The notes under the pieces: model-generated
The model's input: only the letters and a program-made list of their open reading frames with translations
Database searches by the model: none
What the model was told of the DNA's origin: nothing
Program-made: the position numbers and the translations under genes
DNA from: Mobula hypostoma
Lineage: Eukaryota
Direction of reading: 5' to 3'
DNA length: 64,000 bases
Assembly: GCF_963921235.1 (NCBI RefSeq)
Contig: NC_086109.1
Location: 29,576,001 to 29,640,000, forward strand
Shown here: one piece after another, positions 61,936 through 64,000 of the stretch
How positions within the stretch are numbered: the first letter of the stretch is position 1
Layout of the letters: the number at the start of each line of letters is the position of its first letter

Positions 61936-62076
61936 AACACGAGGAAATCTGCAGATGTTGGAAATTCAAGTAACAAACACAAGATGCTGGTGAACACAGC
62001 AGGCCAGGCAGCATCTATAGGAAGAGGTACAGTCGACATTTCAGGCCAAGACCCTTCGTCAGGACTAACTGAAAGA
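61936..62076 (-). mobile_element. Single-arm Penelope tail with 13-bp TSD
   Basis: AAGTACTTTCTCA (61923-61935) / AAGTATTTTCTCA (62077-62089). Confidence 0.88.
62031..62066 (-). ncRNA. Minimal hammerhead motif, near-intact
   Basis: AGUC-CUGACGA-AGGGUCUUGGCCU-GAAAUGUC-GACU (one C>U change in stem III). Confidence 0.7.
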
Positions 62077-62309
62077 AAGTATTTTCTCATATGGTTTTCT
62101 TATAACCGATAATCTAGAATTCTAGCAATTTCACTGGAGTATATTTTGGAGGTGGAGCACAACACATTAACATTACCATTAAATGCATTTCTCATGTTTG
62201 AAGCACTGCATTTACAGCACATTGAATGGACTGACTGGGGATAGATTTCTAGGGAAGTACTTATTAATATATATTGTTGGTCAGTGCAGTATCAAATTCA
62301 AATCACTGT

Positions 62310-62720
62310 GCAATTTTCTCAAAAAGATTTCAAGTTCTGATCCTATTCCAGGGAATTTAGAACAAAAATCTCAGCTGACTCACCAGTTTTGTATAGGTGG
62401 GGTGCCATCTTTTGGATGAAATGGTAAACTTGGATCCTGTATGTACCTTCAGGTAGACATAAAATATCTTATAATGTTATTTAATAGGAGTGCCAAGGAG
62501 TTAACACTGGTACCTTGACAACACTTATCCTTAAGTCAACTTTTTTTTCAAAAATACATCATCATTTGGTCTATATGTGAGAGTTTGTTTAGCGCTGATT
62601 AGCTGCAGATTTCTGAAAGGTCCAGAAGTTTCTGGACGCCAAAAGCATATCATTGGTTGTTAGGTTCTCCGTTACATTCCATATGGAATGATTGATCATG
62701 TCTGAGAAAAGCAACTGTAA
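62310..62720 (+). mobile_element. Ancient Deu-domain SINE (SacSINE1/AmnSINE1-like)
   Basis: GGTGCCATCTTTGGATGAAATGGTAAAC..TTCAGGTAGACATAAAATATC matches the Deu core GGTGCCGTCTTTCGGATGAGACGTTAAAC..TCAGGTGGACGTAAAAGATC. Confidence 0.65.
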
Positions 62721-63004
62721 CTAATCTGGATGATAGGTCATATCTTTCAGTTATAAATATTCGAGATTGTTAAATTTAGCCTGCTGTTCTCTGAAGGGAA
62801 AGCTTCTATCAATTTGAATTAATTTATCACATTCCATGATTTTTCTTGTTCTATCAATGAATCAATTAATCATGATTGTTTTTTGCATTTGCCTTCAATG
62901 TCATAATGTTGCTGTAGCAATTCATGCATACTTCACAAACTTCGCCTTTTACTCTTTGGGCGTAGAAATGAAAAACATGCATTTATATAGACCCTTTTGC
63001 AAAC

Positions 63005-63275
63005 ACAGAGGGTTCCAAAGCATACTACAGCTAATTAAATACTGTTGAGCTGTAATATCGTCCTGTGGCCTGTGTTGGTGATGTAAATTTGGAGATAAAA
63101 AATGGCCATTACGTTCAGGGAGTCTGACACTGCATCAGAATTGTACTGTGGAATATTTGATATCCATCTGAAAAAGCAGACTGGCTCTGAAGTCTCAGCT
63201 GAGGTTATTGTTCTTAAGTTTCAGTAAAGGGGAATTGAATTCACAATCCTACTGCTCAGGGGGCTACCAACTGCT
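63005..63275 (-). mobile_element. Ancient Deu-domain SINE, antisense copy
   Basis: Reverse CAGATGGATATCAAATATTCCACAG; tRNA-like head near 63230-63270. Confidence 0.5.
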
Positions 63276-64000
63276 GACTACAACAGAAGCACGAACTGAC
63301 TTCCTTCCAAGGGAAGCTCACTCTGCATGGTACTGAAGTTAAATTAATCTGACAGTAAATTCAAGCTTCATTTACTTGAGGCAAACAGAAAGAACTTGCA
63401 TCAGTACTCCAGTTATAGTGTGAAAGCTGCACAGTTTTAGAATTATCAAGCTAGCTAGCTAAAGCACTGAGTGGTCTTACAGCTGTGTTACTCTGGACCT
63501 CCAGTATTTTGCCTGCTTGTTGTTTTACTGTGTACTGGAATGGGTGGGTGAAATTATTGGAGCAATTTTATTAATTATTGTGGCAAAATCTACTGATTAT
63601 TACATCCCACTTATTTAATTGTGAAATGTAAATTCAATAAAGTGAGAACTAAATTAAACCAGTGGCTCGGAACCAGCAGTGAGAAAACTAATTCTGTAAT
63701 TAATAAAATAAAATGAAAATTAGTATTCTCCTTTATAGATATAAAAATGTTACATAAAGTGAGGGTTCTGTGAAGAGCCCTGTGCAGTTCGGTACAGTAT
63801 GTTTGACAAGCTGAAAAAAAGAATTTCTGCAGGACATGGGGGTTCTTGTTTTGGAGCAAATTAACACATCTTTATAATCGCGTCATTTGTGATAGTGGAA
63901 ATTTAGACAAAAAGGAAGAGTGAGTCAGACAGTTCACTGACACCATCATAGGTAGTGGATGGGTCAGGCATTTCACTGGAAATAAATTAGGTAGATTGAA

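Noticed and set aside
1..64000. CRISPR array, prokaryotic operon, rRNA or host CDS
   Set aside because: Recurrent motifs are dispersed, diverged retroelement tails rather than regularly spaced repeats; all long ORFs are retroelement-derived or their antisense

Overview
Eukaryotic, AT-rich (roughly 40% GC by eye), repeat-dense DNA. The repeat inventory points to a cartilaginous fish, probably a ray; this is inferred from the repeats alone. That inventory comprises HER1/CR1 LINEs, HE1/V-domain SINEs, Deu-domain SINEs, Rex1/Babar, a Tx1 remnant and Penelope-like elements (PLEs). I recognise no host protein-coding exon, so the window looks like a large intron or an intergenic region. Almost every long ORF is a decayed retrotransposon fragment. 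The most notable signal is about 20 PLE-derived 3' ends, most carrying a minimal type I hammerhead ribozyme motif (AGTC-CTGANGA-A-GGG..CCY-GAAACGTC-GACT) with a loop-less palindromic stem III, i.e. the dimer-dependent type. Many are tiny 100-270 bp insertions with 10-20 bp target-site duplications (TSDs) and a recurring inverted two-arm layout that looks like twin priming, and several sit inside older PLE tails. One 1.75 kb copy (51870-53615) retains the GIY-YIG endonuclease and ~490 bp inverted arms. Other points of interest: a clean solo LTR with a 5-bp TSD, a SINE-like family whose 5' end resembles the 3' half of an HDV-like ribozyme, three-TIR Tc1 derivatives, a 24-bp exact direct repeat enclosing a SINE plus unique sequence, and multi-level nested insertions. 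Family assignments come from motif recognition only, no database search was run, and boundaries of degenerate copies are approximate.
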